A program made the translations under genes and the position numbers. 64,000 nt of DNA, from the NCBI GenBank assembly GCA_937770485.1, contig CALJHX010000023.1, positions 25,772 through 89,771 on the forward strand, given 5' to 3'. Source of the stretch: an uncultured Verrucomicrobiae bacterium (GTDB lineage Bacteria; Verrucomicrobiota; Verrucomicrobiia; Limisphaerales; UBA1096). Of the stretch, positions 29,199 to 38,137 are shown in pieces (positions within the stretch are counted from its first letter, which is position 1; every line of letters starts with the position of its first letter). The notes under the pieces were generated by a model. It was not told the DNA's origin. It worked only from the letters and a program-made list of their open reading frames with translations, and did no database searches.

Positions 29199-31127
29199 AT
29201 GAACGACACAATGACCGAGGAAGTAAAAGCAGAAGTAACCACCACCGCAGAGCAACCTGACCAGCTCCAGAGCGAGCTCAAGCGACTGGTACTGGACGGG
29301 AAACTGGATTCCAAGCTAACGGATGCGCTGACAGAGTTGGTCACAGCCGGTTTTTGCACCCACCGCTCGTGGGGCTCCGGGAAGATCACCACGGTGGATA
29401 CGTTGATGGCCAAGATGACCATCGACTTCCAGGCCAAGCGGGGCCACTCGATGGATCTTGGGTTTGCGGCAACCATCCTCAAGCCGCTCAGTTCCAGCCA
29501 TATCCAGGCACGCAAGGCCACCGACTTGGCCGGGCTTCAGCGGACGGCTGCACGGAACCATCTTGAGCTGATTAAAGTGGTGCTCGAGAGCTTCGGAGGG
29601 CAGGCCACCGTGGCGCAGATTCAAGAGTCGCTGGTGCCGGATGTAATCGAAGAGGACTGGAAAAAATGGTGGGCCGACGCCAAGAAAGAAATGAAGAGCA
29701 ACGGTCATTTCCAGTTGCCGGTCAAGAAAACCGAGCCGATTGTTTACCATGCCGAGGAGCTTTCCCCGGCGAATAAAATGATGAGCAACATCCGCGACGC
29801 CAAAGGCTTGAAGGCGCAGTTGGCTGCTGCCACCGAGCTTTACAAGGGTATCGCGGACGTCGAAAACAAGGAATCAGTGCTGACCGAGCTGTTGGAAATA
29901 TTGAACATCGCGATCAAGAATCATCTGACATTCAAGCCGTCCCTCGCACTTGAGGCGATTTTGTTGCGTGATGCAATCTGCTCGGAATCAGGAGTGCAAC
30001 CGCAGGAAGGCGAGTCGACAGCCGTTGCCATTTTTGAAAAAGCCGATAATTTGGCCGTAGTGATAGAGGGTCTTTCCGCTGCCAAGCAGAAACTCGCGCT
30101 TGAAGCTTTCCGGCAGGCTCATCCGGATACATGGATCGACACCTATCTGGAACTGATGAACAAGGCAGGCTTGAGGCTGGTGGGTGAGTTGGGGCAAATG
30201 CTCATCGACACCGGCCACTTCGACAAGTTCAAGAACAACCTGGCCAAGCTCATAAGCCGACACGAGGCCAGCACCGACCTGATGTTATGGTTGGGCAAAA
30301 ACCGCTCCGACAGTTTCGCCGACATACTCGGCCCGGAAGTGTTTCGCGCCATGATGGCGGCCATCGAGAGGGATCGTTTTGAGGATCGGAAAACCAGCAA
30401 GCTTGGAGATTTAATTCTTAGCGACCAAGAGTTGATCACCGACCTGATCGGCTCCGCTGATATTGAAGTGGTCGAGGATTTGGTCCGTGCCCTACAGGCG
30501 ACCAACAGCTTTGACGACATGGACAAACGCTCGTTGCTGGGCCGCATCGTCAAGGCGTTCCCGTCTATTCAGCAGATGATTTCCGGCGAACAATCTAAGG
30601 AAGACAACGCCCTCATTGTTTCCTGGGCCAGCCTCGAGCGTCGAAAACTAGAGTACGTGCAACTGGTCAAGGAGAAGATCCCGGCGAACTCGAAGGAAAT
30701 CGCTATTGCCCGAAGCTATGGCGATTTGCGCGAGAACCACGAGTTCAAGGCAGCCAAGGAAATGCAGAAACTGCTGATGTCCCGCAAGGGCGAGTTGGAG
30801 TTCGACTTAACACGCGCCCGAGGGACCGACTTCTCCGACGCCACGACTGACCAGGTCACCGTCGGGAACAAGGTCGGCGTTACGAACCTCAGCACAAAAA
30901 AGCCGGAGACCTTCATCGTCCTTGGCGCTTGGGACGGCGATCCCGACAATCAAATCCTCAGTTATCTCACGCCTCTTGGTCAGGCGTTCCTTGGCAAGAA
31001 ACCGGGCGAGGAAGCTGAGTTCGAAGTCGATCACGAAGCCAAGCGCTACCGGATCGAATCCATCGAACAGCACACCGTCGCTGGGCCAAGCGCTGTCGCC
31101 GACGAGGAAGGCGAAGCCGAGGCGTAA
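29199..31127 (+). CDS. Long GreA/GreB-family transcription elongation factor homologue (about 640 aa)
   Basis: The C-terminal 160 aa carry the Gre signature (IAIARSYGDLRENHEFKAAKEMQ ... VTVGNKVGV ... ILSYLTPLGQAFLGKKPGEEAEFEV). They follow about 480 aa of unassigned helical sequence. The start is ambiguous (ATG at 29163, 29199 or 29211). The upstream part of ORF 28674.. is antisense to rsmB. Confidence 0.75.
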   Translation: MNDTMTEEVKAEVTTTAEQPDQLQSELKRLVLDGKLDSKLTDALTELVTAGFCTHRSWGSGKITTVDTLMAKMTIDFQAKRGHSMDLGFAATILKPLSSSHIQARKATDLAGLQRTAARNHLELIKVVLESFGGQATVAQIQESLVPDVIEEDWKKWWADAKKEMKSNGHFQLPVKKTEPIVYHAEELSPANKMMSNIRDAKGLKAQLAAATELYKGIADVENKESVLTELLEILNIAIKNHLTFKPSLALEAILLRDAICSESGVQPQEGESTAVAIFEKADNLAVVIEGLSAAKQKLALEAFRQAHPDTWIDTYLELMNKAGLRLVGELGQMLIDTGHFDKFKNNLAKLISRHEASTDLMLWLGKNRSDSFADILGPEVFRAMMAAIERDRFEDRKTSKLGDLILSDQELITDLIGSADIEVVEDLVRALQATNSFDDMDKRSLLGRIVKAFPSIQQMISGEQSKEDNALIVSWASLERRKLEYVQLVKEKIPANSKEIAIARSYGDLRENHEFKAAKEMQKLLMSRKGELEFDLTRARGTDFSDATTDQVTVGNKVGVTNLSTKKPETFIVLGAWDGDPDNQILSYLTPLGQAFLGKKPGEEAEFEVDHEAKRYRIESIEQHTVAGPSAVADEEGEAEA

Positions 31128-31167
31128 CCCGCCTGGGCCGACGAGTAACACAGCCAATTTTCAGTAC

Positions 31168-31196
31168 GCCCCGGCCGTCATGGCCGGGGCTTTTTT
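31168..31196 (+). terminator. Rho-independent terminator after the long Gre-family gene
   Basis: Stem GCCCCGGCC (31168-31176), loop GTCAT, stem GGCCGGGGC (31182-31190), then T6. Confidence 0.75.
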
Positions 31197-31198
31197 AT

Positions 31199-32059
31199 TT
31201 ACAGCGCACGCAACAAACGACTGACGATGCCCTCCGCCGCCAATCCGTAACCACCGCCGAAAATGTTGTAATGGTTAAGCGTGTGGTAAAGCCGATAGAG
31301 CAGCTTGCGCGTCGGGTAACCTGGATCGAGGGGCCACTCCGTCTCGTATGCCGACCAAAAATCATTCCCGAAACCACCAAACATTTCGGTCAATCCAAAT
31401 TCAGCTTCGCGGTCCCCGCAGTACGTTGCCGGATCAAAAATCACCGGCTCGCCACACGGCCCGAATGCTACATTGCCGTTCCACAAATCGCCGTGCAGCA
31501 GCGACGGCCTGGGCTCGTAGGCGGCGAAAAAACCATCGAGTTGGCTGAGCAAGTCGTCCGCGCCGTCGAGTCGCAGGGCGTTGCGCTTGGCCAGGCGGCA
31601 CTGAAAACCGAGCCGGTGCTCACGAAGGAACGCCACCCAGTCGTCGCCCGACGGGTTCGGCTGCGGCGTGCTGCCGATCGTGTTATCGCGCCGCCAGCCA
31701 AAGTTCGGCTGCAGCACGGCATGCAGCTTGGCCAAGCACCGGCCAAGCTCCGATTGCGAGCCACCACCGCCCAACTCGATGTGCTCGAGGATAAGATACG
31801 CCTGTCCCCCGCTGATGCCGAGGCAAACAGGGCGGGGGACGCGGATGGTTTCGGTGGCGGCGATGTCGCGCAGGCCGTCTGCCTCGGCCTCGAATATTTC
31901 CAGTTCGTCGGCGCGGTTGAGCTTGGCGAAAAATGGGCCGCCATTGCCGTCGAGTCGATATGTCTCGTTGATGCACCCGCCGCCGACCGGTCGCGAATCG
32001 GTCAGGCGAAACGCGACTCCGGTGGCTGCGGAAATTTGCTCAACGATCTCGTCCCACAT
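31199..32059 (-). CDS. Fructosamine/ketosamine kinase family protein
   Basis: A 286-aa protein with the family-typical LLHGDLWNGN catalytic segment and an aminoglycoside-phosphotransferase-like fold pattern. Confidence 0.85.
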   Translation of the reverse strand: MWDEIVEQISAATGVAFRLTDSRPVGGGCINETYRLDGNGGPFFAKLNRADELEIFEAEADGLRDIAATETIRVPRPVCLGISGGQAYLILEHIELGGGGSQSELGRCLAKLHAVLQPNFGWRRDNTIGSTPQPNPSGDDWVAFLREHRLGFQCRLAKRNALRLDGADDLLSQLDGFFAAYEPRPSLLHGDLWNGNVAFGPCGEPVIFDPATYCGDREAEFGLTEMFGGFGNDFWSAYETEWPLDPGYPTRKLLYRLYHTLNHYNIFGGGYGLAAEGIVSRLLRAL

Positions 32060-32065
32060 CGGAGG

Positions 32066-32548
32066 TTAATCGTCGCCAAGTCGCCGAACGTGTTCGAGCA
32101 AACTGGCGCAGCCGTCCTCGAGCAGGTCGAGCACTGTCTCGAATCCCTTCGGTCCGCCGTAGTAAGGGTCGGGCACCTCGGTCGCGGTTGACCCGGTGAC
32201 AAAGTCGCAAAACGGCCGCACTTCCGCCGGCCACTCTCCAGCCGGTGCCATGTTCCGGACGTTTACAAGGTTTTCGTCGTCCATCGTCAAAATCATGTCG
32301 AACGAACGGTAGTCGTTCTTACAGATCTGCCGGGCCTGGCCGCCGGTGTTGATGCTGCGATTGGCCGCTGCTGCGTGCATTCGTTTGTCGGGCGGGTCGC
32401 CGGTGTGAAACGCAATCGTGCCGGCCGAGTCGCACTCGATCCTCTCGCCTAAGCCCTCGGCTTTGACCAAGTGGCGCATCACAGCCTCACCGGCGGGGGA
32501 GCGGCAAATATTCCCCAAGCAAACAAACAACAACCTGTACGGACGCAT
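32066..32548 (-). CDS. Low-molecular-weight protein-tyrosine phosphatase
   Basis: The start is the ATG at 32548 (MRPYRLLFVCLGNICRSP). It has the CX5R(S) P-loop and a DPYY motif near the C-terminus. Confidence 0.88.
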   Translation of the reverse strand: MRPYRLLFVCLGNICRSPAGEAVMRHLVKAEGLGERIECDSAGTIAFHTGDPPDKRMHAAAANRSINTGGQARQICKNDYRSFDMILTMDDENLVNVRNMAPAGEWPAEVRPFCDFVTGSTATEVPDPYYGGPKGFETVLDLLEDGCASLLEHVRRLGDD

Positions 32549-32637
32549 GGCAGGGAGCCTACCGACCTGCTTGGCCAAGGGCAATCCGGCGCTAGGCCAA
32601 GCTTGAACACGGGAAGGCAAGAGGCTAAAAAAAGCGC

Positions 32638-33993
32638 ATGAATCGTCGAACTTTTTTGGAAACCAGCGCGGCTGGTTTGGCTTACTCGTCCATCGCCGCG
32701 ACCGCCGCCGATATCGCCAACGGCCCGACCAAGCGCGTGGCGCTGATCGGCACCGGGTGGTACGGCAAGGTGGATTTACTCCGGCTTATCCAAGTTGCTC
32801 CCGTCGAGGTGGTTGCGTTGGCCGACGTGGACAGCACTATGCTTTCCGGCGCAGCCGATATTGTGGCCAAGCGGCAAAAATCGGGGAAACGCCCAAAAAC
32901 CTACGGCGATTATCGAACGCTGCTCAAGGAAAATAAACTCGACCTCGTGCTCATCGGCACACCGGATCATTGGCACGCGTTGCCGATGATTGCCGCCGTC
33001 AAGGCCGGTTGCGATGTGTACGTGCAAAAGCCGACGAGCATCGACGTCGTCGAAAGCCAGGCGATGCTCGCCGCTGCCCGTAAATACAATCGCGTCGTGC
33101 AAGTAGGCACGCAGCGCCGCAGCACGCCGCACCTCATGGAGGCCCGCGAGCAGATCGTCGCAAAGGGCCTGCTCGGCAACGTTGCCCACGCCGAAGTTTG
33201 TTGTTACTACCACATGCGCAACCGGAGCAACCCGGCGGACAGTCAGCCGCCGGCGAATCTCGACTACGACATGTGGAGCGGCCCGGCGCCGAGGCGACCG
33301 TACAGCGAACTTTGCCATCCGCGCACCTGGCGGGCGTTCACCGAGTACAGCAACGGAATCGTCGGCGACATGTGCGTGCACATGCTCGACACAGTCCGCT
33401 GGATGCTCGACCTCGGATGGCCAAGCAGCATCGTGTCGCAGGGCGGCATTCTCGTAGACAAACAGGCCAAAGCCAACACCACCGACACACAGACAGCATG
33501 CTTCGACTTCGACGACCTGCAGGTCGTCTGGCAGCACCGTGCCTGGGGCCACGCGCCCGACGCTGACTACCCATGGGCGGCGTTCCTCTACGGCGACAAG
33601 GGCACGCTGAAGTTAAGCGTGAACAGCTACGACTTTATCCCGCGCGGCGGCGGGGCTAAGCCGGTACATCGCGACGTCAATATGGAACTCGAGGAATACC
33701 CCGAGGACAAAACCGAGAAGGCGCTCGAGCGTCACGTCGCCCCGGCGGTGCGGGTGCACATGATTGATTTTCTCAATGCCGTGGCTAAGCGCAGCCGCCC
33801 CGTTGCCGACATCGAGCAGGGTCACATCTCCACCGTCAGCTGCATCCTGGCCAACCTCTCACAGCAGCTGGGCGGCCGTGCGTTGCGATGGGACGCAAAG
33901 ACACACACCGTTATCGACGACCCCGAGGCCAATAAACTGCTCAATCGCCCCTACCGCGCCCCGTGGATTCACCCTACGCCGGATACCGTCTGA
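32638..33993 (+). CDS. Gfo/Idh/MocA-family oxidoreductase with a twin-arginine signal
   Basis: It has the Tat motif MNRRTFLETSAAGLA and the Rossmann segment VALIGTGWYGK. Length and pattern are typical of PVC periplasmic Gfo/Idh/MocA proteins. Confidence 0.85.
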   Translation: MNRRTFLETSAAGLAYSSIAATAADIANGPTKRVALIGTGWYGKVDLLRLIQVAPVEVVALADVDSTMLSGAADIVAKRQKSGKRPKTYGDYRTLLKENKLDLVLIGTPDHWHALPMIAAVKAGCDVYVQKPTSIDVVESQAMLAAARKYNRVVQVGTQRRSTPHLMEAREQIVAKGLLGNVAHAEVCCYYHMRNRSNPADSQPPANLDYDMWSGPAPRRPYSELCHPRTWRAFTEYSNGIVGDMCVHMLDTVRWMLDLGWPSSIVSQGGILVDKQAKANTTDTQTACFDFDDLQVVWQHRAWGHAPDADYPWAAFLYGDKGTLKLSVNSYDFIPRGGGAKPVHRDVNMELEEYPEDKTEKALERHVAPAVRVHMIDFLNAVAKRSRPVADIEQGHISTVSCILANLSQQLGGRALRWDAKTHTVIDDPEANKLLNRPYRAPWIHPTPDTV

Positions 33994-34020
33994 TGCCGGA
34001 CAAGCGCTTGGCCAATGGGG

Positions 34021-35292
34021 TTATTCGCCGTTGAGCTTTATGCACTGCAGACTTTTCTGGTCTCGGACAAAGAGTTGGCCGTCGGCGTAGGCGGGGAAAC
34101 TCCAGGTTTTACCACAGACCTGCATTCGGTCCAGTTCCTCGTATTCCTTCGGGTTGATTTTGAGTAGTACCAGTTCACCCATTTGGCCGAGCACGAGCAT
34201 TCGTTTGCCGTCGGTCAGCGTCGAGGCGTAAAACTTACCGAAGCCGATTTCCTCCCAGTTCAGTTTTCCCGTGGCGGTGTCAACACAGATGAACCGATCC
34301 TTCTCGGCGAAGCTGTACAGGCTGCTGTCCACGACGACCGGTGTGGCGAGGTTGATCTTGAGCTTGGGGGCATTCCATTTTCGGTTGGCTTTGCCATTAC
34401 TGCCGATGCCGCTCATACAGAGCATGCCCTCGGAATGGGAGGCGGCGATCACGCTGTTGCCGGCGGCAATCGGCGTGACGACATTGCGAAAGTAGAGTGT
34501 GGGAACGGGTTGGCTCCAGAGCAGTTCGCCGTTCTCAGTATCCACGCTGAGAAGCTTCTCGGTAGCGAGCGTGACGAATTGCCTCTTCCCGGCAAGCGTC
34601 ATGATCAAAGGGCTGGCGAAACTTGCCAGGTCGTCCTGCGATTTCCAGATGATTTTGCCACTTAATTTGTCGAAGCAAACCACGCCGGTTCCGGGGGTGC
34701 CACCGACCTGGCAAATGAGATGATCTCCTTCGATCAGCGGTGTGCCGCTGTAGCCCCGGCGCGCTGCCGCAGCTTCATTTTGGCTTTTATTCTTGATCCA
34801 CTTGACCTTGAATTTTTTCTGATAGTCGATGCCCCAGAGCGTGGAGCCGTCCTTGACACTTAAGCAACTGAGTTCGCCCCGGCAGGTCTGCACGTAGATC
34901 CGGTCGCCGTCGAAGAGCGGGGTGCAACGTGGGCCTGCGCCGAAGCGATCCTCGTAGGTTTCGCCAAACGCCTTTTCCCAAAGCAGCTTGCCAGTGCGTT
35001 TATCGAGCAGGCGTAGTGTCTCAAACCCATCTTTTTCCTCAGCGATTGCGAGCCGATCGCCCTGTGTCACTGGCGCGGAATGGCCCGGGCCAACATCGAT
35101 GCGCCAGACGACCTTGGGGGAATTGTCCAGCCTTGCAGGGAGCCGATCGTCCTTGGCCACGTGGGCATTCGAGGTGGGGCCGCGCCACTGCGGCCAGTCG
35201 CCGGATTGGGGCGACACGGTGCAGAAGGCAAAAGCGAACGCTGAAATGAACAGGCAGGAGGAAAAATGATTTCGCGGGTTTGATTTTCTCAT
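34021..35292 (-). CDS. PQQ-like/BamB-like beta-propeller repeat protein (secreted)
   Basis: A 423-aa protein with a signal peptide and repeated blades ending in W-containing motifs (LLWEKAFG, TLWGIDYQ, IIWKSQDD, LLWSQPV, LNWEEIG). Confidence 0.65.
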   Translation of the reverse strand: MRKSNPRNHFSSCLFISAFAFAFCTVSPQSGDWPQWRGPTSNAHVAKDDRLPARLDNSPKVVWRIDVGPGHSAPVTQGDRLAIAEEKDGFETLRLLDKRTGKLLWEKAFGETYEDRFGAGPRCTPLFDGDRIYVQTCRGELSCLSVKDGSTLWGIDYQKKFKVKWIKNKSQNEAAAARRGYSGTPLIEGDHLICQVGGTPGTGVVCFDKLSGKIIWKSQDDLASFASPLIMTLAGKRQFVTLATEKLLSVDTENGELLWSQPVPTLYFRNVVTPIAAGNSVIAASHSEGMLCMSGIGSNGKANRKWNAPKLKINLATPVVVDSSLYSFAEKDRFICVDTATGKLNWEEIGFGKFYASTLTDGKRMLVLGQMGELVLLKINPKEYEELDRMQVCGKTWSFPAYADGQLFVRDQKSLQCIKLNGE

Positions 35293-35400
35293 GAGTCAGT
35301 CGGATGTCGAAAAATTAGGCGGCGGGACTCCCGTTCGCAATGTTTTCCTTTTGCCTTGTAATTTGAATGCTGCAGGCCCAATTTCTGTCAGACAGGTTGT

Positions 35401-36906
35401 ATGATGTTGCAAAGTAGATGCCAACCCCGGAGTGTGATTAGCCAAGCGCTCTTGTTAGTCTTGGCGCTTGGCTTGGCGCAATCCACCTTGGCCGAAAGGG
35501 TCGCCTATCAGTCGTCGGCATACCCTACATTTGCGGATTGGAAGAGTGCCTGCGCCGAACTACCGGCCAACCGCGCCCTACTTCGCCAAGCGGCAACGAC
35601 CAAACTTGAGACTGCTTTGCCAGATTTTGAAGAGGTGGCCAAGGCGTTACTGGCGGCGTTCGAGTCGTTCAAGACCGGTTCGATGGAATCCGCGGCGAAC
35701 TGGGTCGGCGGCAAGCCAAAGGTAACCGAGTTTTTTAACACCAACCGCGCCTATTTCCTGAAGCCGCCGATTCCGTTTCAGCCGTTCGCGCAAAAGGTGC
35801 AGGTGCCGGCCGGCAGCGAGGTGATCTTTCACGGCGATTTTCACGGCGACATTCACTCATTCATCGCCATGCTCGGTTCGCTTAATCAAGCCGGCACGCT
35901 CGACGGCTTCCGCTTGGCCAAGCCGAACAGCTACATGGTGTTCCTCGGTGATTACACGGATCGTGGCAATTACGGCATTGAGGTGCTCTACACGCTGCTG
36001 CGGCTGAAGCTCGCCAACCCGGAACAGGTGTTCATGGCGCGCGGCAATCACGAGGACGTGCAGATGATCTCGAACTACGGCTTCCTTGCTGAGTGTCAGA
36101 AAAAATACGCCACAAATTTTAAACCAGCTATGATCGGCCGTTTGTACGATTTTTTTCCGGTTGTGATTTACGCCGGCAGCGGCACGGATTTTATTCAGTG
36201 CAACCATGGCGGTATGGAGCCGGGATACCTACCGGGCGCGTTGCTCGATGCTAATCCAGTGGTGGCGTATCAACTGCTCGGCCAAGTAACCGGGGGAACG
36301 TTCTTGGCGAAGCATGCGGGCCTTCTTGAAACGGCTGATGCTGCGCGGCGGGCTTTCCTCAAATCAACGATTCGTGACTACACACCGCTTGCGCCGATGT
36401 CGCCGCTGATCAATGGTTTTATGTGGAACGATTTCACCGTGTTCGCCAGCGAGCCGGGGCTCGGTTACATGGAGGGTCGCGGGTTTGTGTATGGCAAGGC
36501 CGGTACTCGAATCGTGCTCGATGCTTCTGCCGGTGCGAAGGCTAGTGTGCGCGGCGTGTTCCGGGCGCACCAACACTCCACCGCTGTTAACCCGATGATG
36601 CGCCGTCTGATTGCGGGTAACGGACTATTTCGCCATTGGCAGGAACACGACAGCCAGGCCGAGGCCAATGCCACGGCAGCGGTGCTTCGCCGTGAGTGCA
36701 AACTAGAGCACAGCGCCGTGCGGTCGCTGAAGGACGGCTCCGTGTGGACATTCAACGTAGCTCCGGACAGCTACTACGGACGCGGCAACACCTACAAATT
36801 CGACACCTATGGTGTGCTGCGCACAGGGGATGTGTTCACGGACTGGAAGTTGCGGGTTGTCAACCAAGTCGTTCCAATTCTCAAACCTCTCCCGGCAAGC
36901 CAATGA
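35401..36906 (+). CDS. Secreted PPP-family metallophosphoesterase (Ser/Thr phosphatase-like)
   Basis: A signal peptide is present, together with the PPP motifs GDFHGD, GDYTDRGNYG and RGNHED. Confidence 0.75.
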   Translation: MMLQSRCQPRSVISQALLLVLALGLAQSTLAERVAYQSSAYPTFADWKSACAELPANRALLRQAATTKLETALPDFEEVAKALLAAFESFKTGSMESAANWVGGKPKVTEFFNTNRAYFLKPPIPFQPFAQKVQVPAGSEVIFHGDFHGDIHSFIAMLGSLNQAGTLDGFRLAKPNSYMVFLGDYTDRGNYGIEVLYTLLRLKLANPEQVFMARGNHEDVQMISNYGFLAECQKKYATNFKPAMIGRLYDFFPVVIYAGSGTDFIQCNHGGMEPGYLPGALLDANPVVAYQLLGQVTGGTFLAKHAGLLETADAARRAFLKSTIRDYTPLAPMSPLINGFMWNDFTVFASEPGLGYMEGRGFVYGKAGTRIVLDASAGAKASVRGVFRAHQHSTAVNPMMRRLIAGNGLFRHWQEHDSQAEANATAAVLRRECKLEHSAVRSLKDGSVWTFNVAPDSYYGRGNTYKFDTYGVLRTGDVFTDWKLRVVNQVVPILKPLPASQ

Positions 36907-38075
36907 GCGATTTGCGATACCAGTTCGAAGTGTTCGAAGGACCGCTTGATCTGTTGCTGCACCTCGTCCGCAAGGAAGAGGTCGATATTTACGAGGTGAA
37001 CATGGTCAGGTTGGCCAACCAGTTCTGCGAATACATCGATCTGATGAAGCGGTTCGACCTTGATCTCGCCGGCGAGTTCATCGTCATGGCCTCCACGCTC
37101 ATGTACATCAAGAGCAAGGAACTGCTCCCGGTTGATTTGCAGGTGCTCTCTGAGGAAGACGAGGAGGAAGATCCGCGTTGGGATCTGATCCGCCAGCTCG
37201 TCGAGTACAAGAAATTTAAGGATGCGGCTGATGAATTCCGGCGGATAGCATGGGAGAGGGAACAGAGTTTTGAGCGGCAGGGAGCCAAGCCAAAAGTCCC
37301 ACCGCTGCCGCCACAAGCAGCAAAAGAGGCATCCGTTTTCGACCTCATTGATGCCGTAAACCAGGTGCTCAAGCGGTTCGATAAAACGGAAAAACAAAGT
37401 GCCGCCAACAGGGGGGAGATTGTTGCTGACAAATGGAGTGTCACGGAGAAGATCGCCCTTATTATGGAGATTCTTGAGAAGCGCGAATCCGTCCGGTTCA
37501 TTGAGCTGTTTGAGTCGGCAGGAAGTCGGCTTGAGGTGATAACGACCTTTCTTGCTGTGCTGGAGCTGGCCAAGCTCAGGCAGTTGATCGCAGTTCAAGG
37601 GGAACGTTTCGGAGAAATCGAGCTAGCCAAGCGAACGCCGGAGGAAAAACCCGATAGTGGAGAGTCCGCAAAGTCGGCAGAGCCGGAGTCGGTCGGATTT
37701 ACCGCCGGATATTCGGATTTTGAAGCGAGGGGGGAGAGCAAAGGTTCCGTGGCCAAAACCGCTAGTCTGGAGGTTGCCGTCGAGGCAAGCGAGACTTTGA
37801 CAATGGAGGTTGGTGAATTGGCACACAAGACAGACGAGCTGCTGACCTTCACTCCGCCGGACGAGGTGGAGGCGGAACCCTACGATGACCCCAACCTCCG
37901 GGAGTTGCCCCTGGCTACTGACGTTAGACGAAGTGACGCCAATCGCTTGGCCAAGCGCATTCGGCCCAAGCCTTGGACGGCCGAGCTGAACCTCGACTTC
38001 CCCACAAAGGATCGTGTCATCGCCTCGGCGGTCCTGTTAGTGGTGACAACAATCCTGTGCTGGGTGGTTTTTTAG
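36903..38075 (+). CDS. scpA: Segregation and condensation protein A (kleisin) with a long C-terminal extension
   Basis: The ATG at 36903 overlaps the upstream stop (ATGA). The N-terminus FEGPLDLLLHLVRKEEVDIYEVNMVRLANQF is the ScpA signature. It is about 140 aa longer than a typical ScpA and ends in a hydrophobic segment. Confidence 0.8.
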   Translation: MSDLRYQFEVFEGPLDLLLHLVRKEEVDIYEVNMVRLANQFCEYIDLMKRFDLDLAGEFIVMASTLMYIKSKELLPVDLQVLSEEDEEEDPRWDLIRQLVEYKKFKDAADEFRRIAWEREQSFERQGAKPKVPPLPPQAAKEASVFDLIDAVNQVLKRFDKTEKQSAANRGEIVADKWSVTEKIALIMEILEKRESVRFIELFESAGSRLEVITTFLAVLELAKLRQLIAVQGERFGEIELAKRTPEEKPDSGESAKSAEPESVGFTAGYSDFEARGESKGSVAKTASLEVAVEASETLTMEVGELAHKTDELLTFTPPDEVEAEPYDDPNLRELPLATDVRRSDANRLAKRIRPKPWTAELNLDFPTKDRVIASAVLLVVTTILCWVVF

Positions 38076-38137
38076 CAGTATTTTGATGATACGCTTGGCC
38101 TTGCCCGACAGAGTCGGTGCCACTACTTTCCTCGCTC

